A stretch of DNA of 64,000 bases. It comes from Candidatus Polarisedimenticolia bacterium (lineage in GTDB: Bacteria; Acidobacteriota; Polarisedimenticolia; JACPZX01; DASXTC01). Position numbers and translations under genes: made by a program. The DNA lies in the NCBI GenBank assembly GCA_035281445.1, contig DATEEA010000083.1, positions 6,625 to 70,624 of the forward strand, given 5' to 3'. Below, one piece after another: positions 18,114 to 28,173 of this stretch. Numbering within the stretch: position 1 is the stretch's first letter; each line of letters starts with the position of its first letter. The notes beneath the pieces were generated by a model. It was given only the letters and a program-made list of their open reading frames with translations, did not search any database and was not told where the DNA came from.

Positions 18114-19262
18114 TCAGCGCCCAGTATACAGGCGGCGGCCGGCGCCCCGGCCGCGCGCGGGCCGGGGCGCCGCCCTGCGAAGGGCCTCGATCAGGGCGGC
18201 GTCCACCAGCCCGCGGGGGTTCCCCTCGTGCGCCAGGGCGTGATCCTTGCGGAAGGCATCCACCGCTTCGATCGCCTCCTGATCGAAGACGCCCCATGCC
18301 GCCATGAAGTCCCGCAGCCTGGCGTTGTGCTCGTCGAAGAGCGCCCCGAGCCGGGTGGGATCGCTGCGCAGCAGCGAGCGGTCGAAATCGAGCCTGGGAG
18401 GCTCGGGGATCGGCGGCTGGCCCTTCCTCCAGTAGCCCGCGGCGTGCAGGAGCCGCTTCAGCTCCACCACGTCCGGACCCTCCACGGCGGAGAAGGACCG
18501 GTGCCCCAGCCGGCGCGACGTGGCGTAGTAGACGCGCTTCAGCTCTCCGACCGGCTCCGGGTGCTCGCCCACGTCGATGGAGACGCTGATGTGATCCCCG
18601 GCGCGTCCCGGGTCGCGCGGATCGGCCACCCGCAGCGCCGCCGACTGGAGGTTCCCCAGCCTCTTGTCGCCGCCGGCCCTCTGCCCCGCCTCCAGCGCCA
18701 GGACGAGCCGCTCGGCGAGCGGCATCCCCGATCCGGCGGTGGACTCGAAGCGGCCGGCCACCGCGTCCACCACCTCCCGCCCCACCAGGATGTTCCCCTG
18801 GACGGTGTACCCCTGGCCCTGACGGCTTCCGGCCCATCCGTTGGTCTCCTTGCCGGTGAACGCGGCGGTCCGTCCCTGCATGTCGATCAGCCCGAGCTGG
18901 CGCCGCTCACGCCCCCGATCGTCCGCCAGGAGACGCTCGATGACCTCCTGGGGCGCCACCTCCCGCTCCATCAGGTCGAGCGCCTGTCGCCCGTACTCCA
19001 CCACCGTCCAGGCCTGCGTCGCCGCCGCTCCCACTCCCGCGCGGACCCAGGGGACCGCCCGCCCCACGAACGGCACGCGGGTGGTGACCGCCACGCCGCT
19101 CTCGCCGGTCGCCGCGTCGATGGCGCAGATGGAGAACGTGGCATGGAGGAGTCCCGACGGATCCGCGGACCGGTTCTCCCGCGCCGCGGCCCGTTCATGG
19201 ACCCCCTGGGGGCCGGCGGCCAGCGCGAGCAGGAGGGACGCCGCCAGGACGATGCGGCTCAT
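18114..19262 (-). CDS. DUF1028-family (Ntn-hydrolase-like) secreted protein with a C-terminal peptidoglycan-binding-like domain
   Basis: It has a signal peptide (MSRIVLAASLLLALAAG), a TFSICAID N-terminal-nucleophile-like motif typical of DUF1028, and a C-terminal PG_binding_1-like segment (ELKRLLHAAGYW...DAFRKDHAL). The start is placed at the MSRIVL codon (the track ORF begins at 19337). Confidence 0.6.
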   Translation of the reverse strand: MSRIVLAASLLLALAAGPQGVHERAAARENRSADPSGLLHATFSICAIDAATGESGVAVTTRVPFVGRAVPWVRAGVGAAATQAWTVVEYGRQALDLMEREVAPQEVIERLLADDRGRERRQLGLIDMQGRTAAFTGKETNGWAGSRQGQGYTVQGNILVGREVVDAVAGRFESTAGSGMPLAERLVLALEAGQRAGGDKRLGNLQSAALRVADPRDPGRAGDHISVSIDVGEHPEPVGELKRVYYATSRRLGHRSFSAVEGPDVVELKRLLHAAGYWRKGQPPIPEPPRLDFDRSLLRSDPTRLGALFDEHNARLRDFMAAWGVFDQEAIEAVDAFRKDHALAHEGNPRGLVDAALIEALRRAAPRPARGRGAGRRLYTGR

Positions 19263-19269
19263 CGAGGCC

Positions 19270-19899
19270 TCACCGCCGCTCCAGCGCGCGCTGCATCGCG
19301 CTGCGTGTCTCTTCGATGACGTCCACGACCGGGCCACCGTAGCGCAGGGGAGCGGGCAGGTCGTGCTCCCAGCGCGCGGCGCCGTCGAAGAGTGCCACGA
19401 CGTCCCAGACCACGAAGCCGGGAGGCAGCGGCTCGTCGAACCCGTACCGCTGAGGGTGCTCGCTGACCGCGCGGACGATGTCCTCCGAGACGATGCGATC
19501 GGGATCCCAGTACTGGACGGCGCGCGGGTCGTCGACCAGCTTCAGGACGCTGCTCATGGGGGGAGCGAAGTCTGTGGCCAGCACGGGCTCCCAGACGACG
19601 TGCGCGCGGATCCTGGCGCGGGGGAACGCATCCAGCAGCTCGTCCAGCGCGGAGGCCCCCCGCACGCAGACCGGTCACGTCGGGGAGAGCATGACCAGCA
19701 GGCGCGCATCCTGCCCGGGCGCATTGAACGCGTCGAGCAGCAGGGGCAGCGCGCCCTTCTCCAGCCGCGTCAAGGGGGGCTGGCCCGGCGGAACGCTGCG
19801 CGGGGCGAAGACCATCCACGCGCCGATGCCCGCGCACACCGCCAGGGTGCCGGCGGCCGCCGCCAGGGCCACCCTCCCGATCCTGCGCCTGCCTCTCAA
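19270..19899 (-). CDS. Membrane-anchored thioredoxin-fold thiol:disulfide oxidoreductase (TlpA/DsbA-like) with an in-frame TGA at 19675-19677, preceding the PVC of a U-P-V-C motif: candidate selenoprotein
   Basis: The track ORFs 19675..19899 and 19270..19665 are in the same frame, separated only by a TGA. The read-through product is MRGRRRIGRVALAAAAGTLAVCAGIGAWMVF (TM anchor) ...ARLLVMLSPT-U-PVCVRGASALDELLDAF.... This is a beta1-strand followed by UxxC at the start of helix alpha1, i.e. the thioredoxin active-site position. A GC-rich hairpin starts ~10 nt 3' of the UGA (candidate bSECIS). The TTG start overlaps the upstream gene's stop as TTGA. Alternatives are a pseudogene or sequencing error. 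Confidence 0.45.
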
Positions 19900-22800
19900 T
19901 GCCGCCAGCCGAACCTCTCCCGCATCCGCTCCATCGACTCCAGGGCAGCCGGGTGAACGGTGTCGCCGCCTTCCTTCTCCCAGAAGAAGGGGCGTCGCTT
20001 CACCGACACCGGAGCGACCTGATCCATGGTCGCCGCGTCGTACAGCCTCCCGTTGAGCATGGTGTAGGCCACGTTCTCCGAGAGGCGGATGTCGCTCAGC
20101 GGATCCCCCTCCACGACGAAGAGATCGGCCAGCTTGCCCGCTTCCAGCGAGCCGATGTCCTTGTCCATGCCGATGTAGCGCGCGCCGTCGATGGAGCCGG
20201 CCCGCAGCGCCTCCCAGGGGGTGAAGCCTCCCTGGACCAGCATCCAGAGCTCCCAGTGCGAGGCCAGGCCCTCGCGCTGCCCGTGCGCGCCGATCTGGAC
20301 CGACACCCCGCGGTCGCGCAGCCTCTTGGCGAAGCGCGCCACGTTGACGTGGTTGTAGTGCAGGTCCGGAGCCTTGGTGCGCCGGATGGACGCCGGGTCC
20401 ACCGCGAAATGGGGGACGAAGCGCATGAGCCGGGCGTTCTCCCAGACGTTGGTCCGATCGTACCAGTAGGTCTCGCCGGACAGCCCGCCGTAGGCCACGC
20501 CCAGCGTCGGCGTGTAGCCGGTTCCGCTGCGGGACCAGAGCTGGACGACGTCGTCGTAGAGCTCGGCCAGCGGCAGCGCGTGCTCGATGCCCGTGTGCCC
20601 ATCCACGATCATCTGCATGTTGTGCTGGAACTTGGCGCCTCCTTCCGGGACCACCATGACGCCGAGCTGCCGGCCGGCCTCGATGACCTGCTGCTTCTGG
20701 TCGCGCCGCGGCTGCTGGTAGGACTTCACGCTCACCGCCCCGACGTCCTTGAGCCGCCGGACGTGGAACAGGGCATCATCGAGAGACTCGATCGACGCGG
20801 CGTAGCCGGGACCCGAGGCCCCGTAGAGGATGGTTCCCGTGGACCACGTGCGGGGTGCCAGGATCCGCCCCGTCCTCTGCATCTGCGAGGCGGCGAAGAT
20901 GGTGGAGGTGTCGTTGGACGGGTCGTGGACGGTGGTCACGCCGAACGACAGGTTGGAGTACTGCTCCCAGTTCTGGCGGGGGATGACCTCCTCGATCCCC
21001 TCGGCCCCGTGGGCGTGGACGTCCACCAGGCCGGGCAGGACGGTCATGCCGGACACGTCGAACACCCGGGCGTCGGCGGGGGGGCGCACCTGCGAAGCGT
21101 GGCCGACCGCCTCGATCCGTCCGCCGTTCACCACCACGACTCCGTTCTCGATGATCTCGCGGGTGCGGCCGGCGTCCCGCATGGTGACCACGCGGCCGCC
21201 GGTCAGAGCGATGCGCCCGGAGGGCCTGTCGGCTGGGGCCTTGAAGGCGAGGTCCATTCCGGCCTCCACCGGCTCGGGGAGCTCGGCGGGAGCCCCTTCC
21301 AGGAAGGAGAAGGCGTCCTTGAGCTCGCGGGTGTAGAGCGTGGCTCCGTGCGACCAGTGGAGCTTGCCTGAGTCGGCCGACCAGTGCAGAAACTCTCCGC
21401 TGCGCCGGCTCACCTGGCGGACGGGGTAGGCCTTGGCGTCCCCGGCGATGGCCACGGTCTTGCCGGTGAGGGTGAAGGGAGCCACGAAGGCGTTGTGGTT
21501 CTCGGCGAAGGCCACCCAGCGGCCGTCCGGCGAGAGGCGGAGCTCGGTGGCGTTTTCCCCCTTGAGGTGCGTGCGCTCATCCAGCCCGTCGAGGGTGACC
21601 GACTTGAGGACGAGCTGGGTCTCCTCCACGTTGTCGGAGAAGAAGACCCTGTCGGCGGCCGGTCCGAAGTGGGCGTCCCGTCCCGAGCGCGCCACGCGCC
21701 GCGGTGCTCCGCCCGCGGCGGCGACCACGTACAGGCCCGGCTCCAGGGAGCCCTCGCTCGACGTCAGGTAGCCGCCGGCGACCTTGCGGTAGACGAGGGT
21801 GCGGCCGTCAGGGGAGAAGCGCGGCTCGACGTACAGTCCGGGCGACGGAGTGACGTCCTTGCCGGTCCCGCCCGTGACCGGGGCCACCTTCACCCTTCCC
21901 AGGGCGTCGTCGTCCCACGAGACGTAGGCCACATGGCGCCCGTCCGGGCTGAACGACGGGTGGAACTCGAAGTGATCCTCCTGCGTGGTCAGCCTCCTCG
22001 CCGCGCCGCCCCGGGCATCGCGCAGCCACAGGCGCCCCATCGCTTCGTAGAGCACCTTCGATCCGTCGGGGGACATCTGGGCCCAGCGCAGCATGCGCAC
22101 GTCGAACGGATCGGGGGCGACGGCCACGGGGAAGCGCAAGGCGGCGTTCACCCGGCGCGTGGTCCTGACGCGGACCGGGATGACGGAGACCTGCCTGGTC
22201 GCGGCGTCGACGCGGTGGAACCTCCCTCCCGCCCAGAAGACGATCGACCGGCTGTCCGGAGTCCAGCCGAAGGCCGTGGCGTTGCCGTGGCTGCCGTCGG
22301 TCTCCTGCAGGTCGCGATCGAGCCGGTCGTGGATCGGCCACTCCCTTCCGCTCTGGAGGTCCTTGAGGTAGAGGGCCGACACCATGTTGGGGGTCCTCCG
22401 GATGAAGGCGAGGGTCTTTCCGTCGGGAGAGGGCGTGGGGCGGACGGCCCCGCCGGGGCCCCCGACGAAGGTGTCCACCTCGCCGGTCTTCCGGTCGAGC
22501 CGGCGGATGGAGAAGATGTTGCCGGTGGAGTCCTTGTTGTACTGCCAGACCCTACCCGGGGTCACGTCCTGGCTGAAGAAGACGTAGCGGCCGTCGCGGG
22601 AGAAGGCCGGCTCGGCGATGTTCTTCTGGGCGCGCGGGCCGTCGGGGCGCTCGATGAGGTTCATCCCCGCGCCGCCTCCCGCATGGAACAGCCAGATCTC
22701 CCCCGCGGCGATGCTGCGCGTGGAGGTGAAGTCCTTCTTGGCCGCGATGTAGTCCCCGTCGGGGCTCCAGGCGGGGTTGTGGACCAGCGTCTTCTTCTCC

Positions 22801-23216
22801 TCGCTCACGGCGCGCGGCGACGAGCCGTCGGAGCCCATGACCCAGATGTTGTCCCCGCCCGCGCGGTCGGAGATGAAGGCGATCCTCCTGCCGTCGGGGC
22901 TGTAGCGGGGCTCGGTGTCCCAGGGGATGCCGGTGGTCAGGGATCGCGCCTCGCCCCCTTCGATGGGGACGGTGTAGAGGTCGCCCAGCATGTCGAACAC
23001 GAGGGTGCGGCCGTCGGGGCTGACGTCCACGCTGGACCACGTGGTCTCCTGCGTGTCGATGGCCACCTCGGTGAAGGCCCCCGGCGGGGCGGCCACGTCC
23101 CATTTCGGGGCGTCCTTGTCCTTGGCGTCCTTCCCCTTGGCGGGCGCGGCCCACCCGCCCCAGGGCGCGGCGAGCAAGGCCAGGCTGATCACGGCGGCGG
23201 CTCTGTGTCGTCTCAT
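19896..23216 (-). CDS. Secreted TolB-like PD40 beta-propeller protein fused to a C-terminal metal-dependent amidohydrolase domain
   Basis: A 1106-aa ORF with a signal peptide (MRRHRAAAVISLALLAAPWGGWA) and multiple PD40 repeats (SPDGR.., SPDGD.., FSPDGR..). The C-terminal amidohydrolase motifs are VLPGLVDVHAHG, ...HTGIEHA... and ...VQIGAHGQ... Confidence 0.85.
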   Translation of the reverse strand: MRRHRAAAVISLALLAAPWGGWAAPAKGKDAKDKDAPKWDVAAPPGAFTEVAIDTQETTWSSVDVSPDGRTLVFDMLGDLYTVPIEGGEARSLTTGIPWDTEPRYSPDGRRIAFISDRAGGDNIWVMGSDGSSPRAVSEEKKTLVHNPAWSPDGDYIAAKKDFTSTRSIAAGEIWLFHAGGGAGMNLIERPDGPRAQKNIAEPAFSRDGRYVFFSQDVTPGRVWQYNKDSTGNIFSIRRLDRKTGEVDTFVGGPGGAVRPTPSPDGKTLAFIRRTPNMVSALYLKDLQSGREWPIHDRLDRDLQETDGSHGNATAFGWTPDSRSIVFWAGGRFHRVDAATRQVSVIPVRVRTTRRVNAALRFPVAVAPDPFDVRMLRWAQMSPDGSKVLYEAMGRLWLRDARGGAARRLTTQEDHFEFHPSFSPDGRHVAYVSWDDDALGRVKVAPVTGGTGKDVTPSPGLYVEPRFSPDGRTLVYRKVAGGYLTSSEGSLEPGLYVVAAAGGAPRRVARSGRDAHFGPAADRVFFSDNVEETQLVLKSVTLDGLDERTHLKGENATELRLSPDGRWVAFAENHNAFVAPFTLTGKTVAIAGDAKAYPVRQVSRRSGEFLHWSADSGKLHWSHGATLYTRELKDAFSFLEGAPAELPEPVEAGMDLAFKAPADRPSGRIALTGGRVVTMRDAGRTREIIENGVVVVNGGRIEAVGHASQVRPPADARVFDVSGMTVLPGLVDVHAHGAEGIEEVIPRQNWEQYSNLSFGVTTVHDPSNDTSTIFAASQMQRTGRILAPRTWSTGTILYGASGPGYAASIESLDDALFHVRRLKDVGAVSVKSYQQPRRDQKQQVIEAGRQLGVMVVPEGGAKFQHNMQMIVDGHTGIEHALPLAELYDDVVQLWSRSGTGYTPTLGVAYGGLSGETYWYDRTNVWENARLMRFVPHFAVDPASIRRTKAPDLHYNHVNVARFAKRLRDRGVSVQIGAHGQREGLASHWELWMLVQGGFTPWEALRAGSIDGARYIGMDKDIGSLEAGKLADLFVVEGDPLSDIRLSENVAYTMLNGRLYDAATMDQVAPVSVKRRPFFWEKEGGDTVHPAALESMERMRERFGWRH

Positions 23217-23255
23217 CTCCTCGATCCCCCTCGGGCGCCCTCCGGGGCGCCGATC
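23217..23255 (-). terminator. GC-rich palindromic hairpin (GGGCGCCC-tcc-GGGGCGCC) downstream of ettA, without a U-tract
   Basis: A self-complementary 7-8 bp stem sits in the 40-nt gap between the ettA stop and the start of the PD40-amidohydrolase gene. There is no T-run, so this is weak as an intrinsic terminator. Confidence 0.2.
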
Positions 23256-24935
23256 CTATCCGTGCGTCAGCCGGCGGTACCGGATCCTGTGAGGCTGATC
23301 GGCATCGGGTCCTTTGCGCTGGCGCAGGTTCACGACGTAGTCCTGGTAGTTCCCCTCGAACCAGACGACCTGGCTGTCTCCCTCGAACGCCAGGATGTGC
23401 GTGGCGATGCGATCCAGGAACCACCGATCGTGGCTGATCACCACGGCGCAGCCGGCGAAGCCGAGCAGGGCCTCCTCCAGCGCTCGCAGGGTGTCCACGT
23501 CGAGGTCGTTGGTCGGCTCGTCCAGCAGCAGCACGTTGGCGCCCGTCTTGAGCATCCGCGCCAGGTGGACCCGGTTGCGCTCGCCTCCGGATAGATCCTT
23601 CACCTTCTTCTGCTGATCCGAGCCGCGGAAGTTGAACGACGAGACGTAGCCGCGCGAGCCGACCTGGCGCTTGCCCAGGGCGAGGGTCTCGCTCCCTTCG
23701 GAGATCGCCTCCCAGACCGTGGCCTCGGCGGGCAGGGCGTCGCGGGCCTGATCGACGTAGCCGAGCTTCACCGACTCGCCGACCTTCAGGGTGCCCGCGT
23801 CGGGCTCCTCCCGACCCATGATCATCCGGAAGAGAGTCGTCTTCCCTGCTCCGTTGGGCCCGATGATCCCCACGATGCCGCCCGGCGGAAGAGAGAACGA
23901 GAGCCCCTCGATGAGGAGGTTCTCGCCGTACCCCTTGACCAGCTCGGAGGCCTCCACCACCATGCTGCCCAGGCGGGGGCCGGGCGGGATGTAGATCTCG
24001 ACGCTCTCGGGCAGGCGCTCGGTCTCCTCGGCCAGGAGCTTCTCGTAGGCCGCCAGGCGGGCCTTCCCCTTGGCCTGCCGCGCGCGGGGCGCCATCCGCA
24101 CCCACTCCAGCTCCCGCTGCAGCGTGCGCTGGCGGACCGACGCCCCCTTCTCTTCCCGGGCCAGGCGCGCCTGCTTCTGGTCCAGCCACGAGCTGTAGTT
24201 CCCCTCCCAGGGGATCCCCGCGCCCCGGTCCAGCTCCAGGATCCACCCGGCCACGTTGTCGAGGAAGTACCGGTCATGGGTGACCGCCACCACCGTCCCG
24301 CCGTACTCCTTGAGATAGCGCTCCAGCCAGGCCACCGACTCCGCGTCGAGGTGGTTGGTCGGCTCGTCGAGCAGGAGCATGTCCGGCTTGGTGAGGAGCA
24401 GCCGGCACAGGGCCACGCGCCTCCGCTCGCCGCCCGACAGGGTGGCCACCTCGGCGTCGGGGGGAGGACAGCGCAAAGCGTCCATGGCCATCTCCACCTG
24501 GTGGTCCAGCTCCCAGGCGTTGCAGGCGTCGATCTGATCCTGCACCCTGGCCTGCTCCTCCAGCAGCTTCTCCATCTGGTCCGGCGCCAACTCCTCGCCG
24601 AACCTCTCGCTGATGGCGTTGAAGCGGTCGAGCAGAGCGCGCGTCCCGGCCACCCCCTCCTCCACGTTGCCCAGCACGGTCTTGGAGGGATCGAGCTGCG
24701 GCTCCTGGGGGAGGTAGCCGACCTTCACCCCCTTGGCGGCGAACGCCTCCCCCATGAAGTCCGCGTCCTGGCCGGCCATGATGCGCAGCAGCGAGCTCTT
24801 GCCGGCGCCGTTGGCGCCCAGCACGCCGATCTTCGCGCCGAAGTAGAAAGAGAGGTAGATCCCCTTGAGGATCTCGCGCTTGGGAGGGACCACCTTGCGG
24901 AGGTCCTTCATCACGAAGATGTACTCGTTGGCCAT
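23256..24935 (-). CDS. ettA: Energy-dependent translational throttle protein EttA (ABC-F family ATPase)
   Basis: A 559-aa ORF starting [55 protein letters not shown], closely matching the EttA N-terminus. It has two ABC cassettes (Walker A twice, LSGGERNRV signature) separated by an ABC-F linker. Confidence 0.9.
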   Translation of the reverse strand: MANEYIFVMKDLRKVVPPKREILKGIYLSFYFGAKIGVLGANGAGKSSLLRIMAGQDADFMGEAFAAKGVKVGYLPQEPQLDPSKTVLGNVEEGVAGTRALLDRFNAISERFGEELAPDQMEKLLEEQARVQDQIDACNAWELDHQVEMAMDALRCPPPDAEVATLSGGERRRVALCRLLLTKPDMLLLDEPTNHLDAESVAWLERYLKEYGGTVVAVTHDRYFLDNVAGWILELDRGAGIPWEGNYSSWLDQKQARLAREEKGASVRQRTLQRELEWVRMAPRARQAKGKARLAAYEKLLAEETERLPESVEIYIPPGPRLGSMVVEASELVKGYGENLLIEGLSFSLPPGGIVGIIGPNGAGKTTLFRMIMGREEPDAGTLKVGESVKLGYVDQARDALPAEATVWEAISEGSETLALGKRQVGSRGYVSSFNFRGSDQQKKVKDLSGGERNRVHLARMLKTGANVLLLDEPTNDLDVDTLRALEEALLGFAGCAVVISHDRWFLDRIATHILAFEGDSQVVWFEGNYQDYVVNLRQRKGPDADQPHRIRYRRLTHG

Positions 24936-25050
24936 GGGGTCCCTTTCGGAAGGCCACAGGATAGCAGAGGGATGCGGGAGGAAGGGAGGGGCGGAGGCGC
25001 CGGATCCTATCCCCGGCGGTGCGAGGCCTCAGCGCGGGGCCGCGAGCGGA

Positions 25051-26043
25051 TCAAGGCCCCACGCCGCGGCGCGGGGGGACCGAGCGGCGCGGATCGAACC
25101 AGGCTCTCTTCTTGCTCCTTCCGGGCGGGGCGACCGCCCGCTCCGGCGCCGGCTCGGCACCGGAGCCCTCCATGGGCGGACCGGTCTCGGCGGCGGTGTT
25201 GTTGTGCCCGACGCCCCGTCCCGTCAGGTAGGTGTGCGTGTGGTTGGCCAGCTCTTCGAGGCGCTGGAGGACCTCCGCCTCGTCGATCCCCACCTTGACC
25301 GCGAGCCGCGACCATCCGGCGCCCCCGCCGTCCTGCAGGATGGGGAAGTTGTCCATGTAGTCGCACTCCGACCCGACGTCCAGGCCGCCGTCGGAGAAGA
25401 CGGCGCAGGTCAGGACCATCTCCAGCCGGTAGGTGTGGCCCCTGGTGAGGACGGCCGGGAAGGTGTTGGAGACGGTCTTTTCGTCCTTGCCGCCCCCCAG
25501 GTTGAGATCGAACGGGATGTACGGGATGGAGATGCCGGCGCCGTCCCCGTCACGGCCCCAGATGATCTCGCCTTTGATGGTCTTTCCGGCGGTCAGGTCC
25601 CGCAGACGGATGGCCAGCTCCACGGTGGGCGAAGAGAAGAACCCGATGAACAGGACGCGGCCCTTCCAGTGGGCGTCGTAGCTGATCCACGCGCCCACGG
25701 TGTTCCCCGTGGTCTCGGCGTCGCCGAGCACCTCGAAGTCGTTCCACATGAAGGCCGAGCCGCGCACCGTGGTGAGCCCGATCCACTGCGGGCCGACCAG
25801 CGGGCGGACCTCGGCGCGGAGGGCCCTCTGGGCGGCGTTGCACGACGCGTCGGTGCGGGCCAGCTCCTCCACCGTGTTGGGGATCTCCAGGTGGGTGCCG
25901 CAGCCGTCCGCGGCGGAGAACTCGATCGTCGCGCCGGGGGAGACGGTCTCCTGGGCCGGAATGGGGGTCGAGCCGATCCCCGCGAGGCCGATCAGGGCCG
26001 TCAACGGGAGGATCGGGGCGTTCCTGCGTGTCCAGGCGAGCAT
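25051..26043 (-). CDS. Hypothetical secreted protein (signal peptide, several Cys pairs)
   Basis: A 330-aa ORF with a plausible signal peptide (MLAWTRRNAPILPLTALIGLAGIGSTPIPAQE) and no recognisable domain. It sits in a coherent coding frame between annotated genes. Confidence 0.45.
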   Translation of the reverse strand: MLAWTRRNAPILPLTALIGLAGIGSTPIPAQETVSPGATIEFSAADGCGTHLEIPNTVEELARTDASCNAAQRALRAEVRPLVGPQWIGLTTVRGSAFMWNDFEVLGDAETTGNTVGAWISYDAHWKGRVLFIGFFSSPTVELAIRLRDLTAGKTIKGEIIWGRDGDGAGISIPYIPFDLNLGGGKDEKTVSNTFPAVLTRGHTYRLEMVLTCAVFSDGGLDVGSECDYMDNFPILQDGGGAGWSRLAVKVGIDEAEVLQRLEELANHTHTYLTGRGVGHNNTAAETGPPMEGSGAEPAPERAVAPPGRSKKRAWFDPRRSVPPRRGVGP

Positions 26044-26214
26044 GGGACCCCCTTGCGGCCCTGACGGGCCGGTTCTTCTGGAATTGAAAGGCGCGAAGCC
26101 GGACTATTGCGAATATCCCGCGGAAGGTCCGGCCCGTCAAGGGGAAAAGAGGGCCCGGCGCGCGGTGTGCCGGATTCGGGCCGCGTCCGGGAGGTCCGGC
26201 GGCGAAGCGCCGGC

Positions 26215-27900
26215 TCAGGGGCGGGAGGACTCGGGAAGGTAGAGACCGGCTCCCGGCCCCACCGGCAACCCGAAGGTCATCCAGGCGATCAGGAAGAGAC
26301 TCCAGCCGGCCAGGAAGGTGATGGAGTAGGGGAGCATGAGGGCGATGATGGTCCCCATCCCCCCCTTGGCCGCGTACCTCTCGGCGAAGGCGACGATGAG
26401 CGCGAAGTAGGTCATCATCGGCGTGATGACGTTGGTGCTGGAATCGCCGATGCGGTAGGCGGTCTGCGTGAGCTCCGGGGTGTAGCCGAGCAGCATGAAC
26501 ATGGGGACGAAGATCGGGGCCATCACCGCCCACTTGGCCGAGGCGCTCCCCATGAACAGGTTCATGGCCGCGGTCACCAGCACGAACCCCACGATGAGGG
26601 GGATGCCGGTGAGGCCGATCGATTTGAGCACCTCGGCCCCTTTGATCGCCGTGATCAGGCCGACGTTGGTCCAGGCGAAGTAGGCCACGAACTGCGCCGC
26701 GAAGAAGACGATGACGATGTAGAGCCCCAGGCTCTTCATGGCCGCCCCCATCTTGGCCATGAGATCCCCGTCGCTGCGGATGGAGCCGGTGACGACGCCG
26801 TAGACCAGGCCCGGAAGGAGGAACATCACGAAGATGATGGTGACGATCCCCGACAAGAACGGGCTGTGCAGGAGGTCCCCCGTCTCCGGATCGCGAAGGA
26901 CGCCGTCGGACGGGACGACGGCCCAGAGAAGGAGGCCCGCCAGCAGCAGGAGCGTCAGTCCGGCCGCGGCCAGGCCGCGCCGCTCGATCGGCTGCAGGCC
27001 CTCCACCGGGCCGGTCTTCTCCGGACCGGCGTACGCCCCGAGCCGCGGCTCCACGATCCGCTCGGTCACCCATGTGCCGAGGGCGGTGATGAGGAAGGTC
27101 GAAGCGAACATGAAGTAGTAGTTGCAGGCCGGGTTGACGGCGTAGGAGGAATCGATGATGCGGGCGGTCTCTTGCGTGATGCCCGACAGCAGCGGATCCA
27201 CCGTCCCCAGGACCAGGTTCGCGCTGTAGCCCCCCGACACGCCGGCGAAGGCGGCGGCCAGCCCTGCCAGGGGGTGCCTCCCCACGGCCAGGAAGATGAC
27301 CGCGGCCAGCGGGATGAGGATCACGTAGCCCGCCTCGGATGCGGCGTTGGAGCAGACACCGGTGAAGACCACCATCATGGTGATCAGGCGCCGCGGGGCC
27401 GAGAGGACCATGGCCCGCAGGACCGCGGTGAGCAGCCCCGATCCCTCGGCGACCCCGACCCCGAGCATCGCCACCAGCACCGTCCCCAGCGGGACGAACG
27501 AGGTGAAGTTGGTGACCATGGTGGTCACGATGCGGCGCAGTCCGTCGCCGTTGAGCAGGCTGAGGGCCTCGATCGGCTGCCCGGTGGAGGGATGCCGGGC
27601 CACGTAGCCGGCCCCGGAGAGGACCGCCGACCCGAGGATGACGCCGAGGGCGAACAGCGCGAAGAGAGTCCCGGGATGGGGCAGCTTGTTCCCCACCCAC
27701 TCGATGACGTCGAGGCTGCGGTGGAGGAAGGAGCGCCGCGGGGGAGAGGATCTCACCGAGCTGTCCGCCGTCTTGGGATCGCGCGTGATGGCCCTCTCCC
27801 TCCCTCCGGTGCGCCTCAGCCTAGACGAAGCGCCGGGGCCGATCAAGGCGCGCGGCGGCCACCCCCATGAGACCGTCCGGGGCGCCCCGCGGCGGGACAA
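26215..27900 (-). CDS. AbgT-family transporter (p-aminobenzoyl-glutamate/antimetabolite transporter family)
   Basis: The motif [24 protein letters not shown] matches the AbgT N-terminal signature (ERIGNKVPHP). The protein is ~520-560 aa and polytopic. The true start is probably downstream of the track ATG (a GTG near 27756), so the N-terminal extension is doubtful. Confidence 0.75.
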   Translation of the reverse strand: MSRRGAPRTVSWGWPPRALIGPGASSRLRRTGGRERAITRDPKTADSSVRSSPPRRSFLHRSLDVIEWVGNKLPHPGTLFALFALGVILGSAVLSGAGYVARHPSTGQPIEALSLLNGDGLRRIVTTMVTNFTSFVPLGTVLVAMLGVGVAEGSGLLTAVLRAMVLSAPRRLITMMVVFTGVCSNAASEAGYVILIPLAAVIFLAVGRHPLAGLAAAFAGVSGGYSANLVLGTVDPLLSGITQETARIIDSSYAVNPACNYYFMFASTFLITALGTWVTERIVEPRLGAYAGPEKTGPVEGLQPIERRGLAAAGLTLLLLAGLLLWAVVPSDGVLRDPETGDLLHSPFLSGIVTIIFVMFLLPGLVYGVVTGSIRSDGDLMAKMGAAMKSLGLYIVIVFFAAQFVAYFAWTNVGLITAIKGAEVLKSIGLTGIPLIVGFVLVTAAMNLFMGSASAKWAVMAPIFVPMFMLLGYTPELTQTAYRIGDSSTNVITPMMTYFALIVAFAERYAAKGGMGTIIALMLPYSITFLAGWSLFLIAWMTFGLPVGPGAGLYLPESSRP

Positions 27901-28173
27901 GCTGTCCAGACTGGCCGCCGAGGTGGCGGCCCGTCCCGACCTGACTGAGCGCGGCCGGCGGGAGGGTCAAGGAAAATTCAAGGCCCCGGCGGCAGGATCG
28001 CGGGCGTGGCGTGACCAGCCGGGGCAAGGCTCCCTGCCGGAGCGGGTGCCCATCGCGAGCGGTGGACGCCCTGACCACTCCCCGGCGGTCGGTTGAGATC
28101 GGCGGCGGGGACCGCAGCAGACTCCCGCGGGTCTGCCCCGCCGCCGGTCAGGCCGCCCGGGCCGCCTGCCGGC

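Noticed and set aside
19665-19677. Interpreting the two Trx-like ORFs as independent genes with a GTG restart
   Set aside because: No Shine-Dalgarno precedes the GTG. The first ORF alone would be a 74-aa TM stub ending exactly before the catalytic motif, and the second would lack a signal or anchor. A single read-through protein is more coherent, although a pseudogene cannot be excluded.
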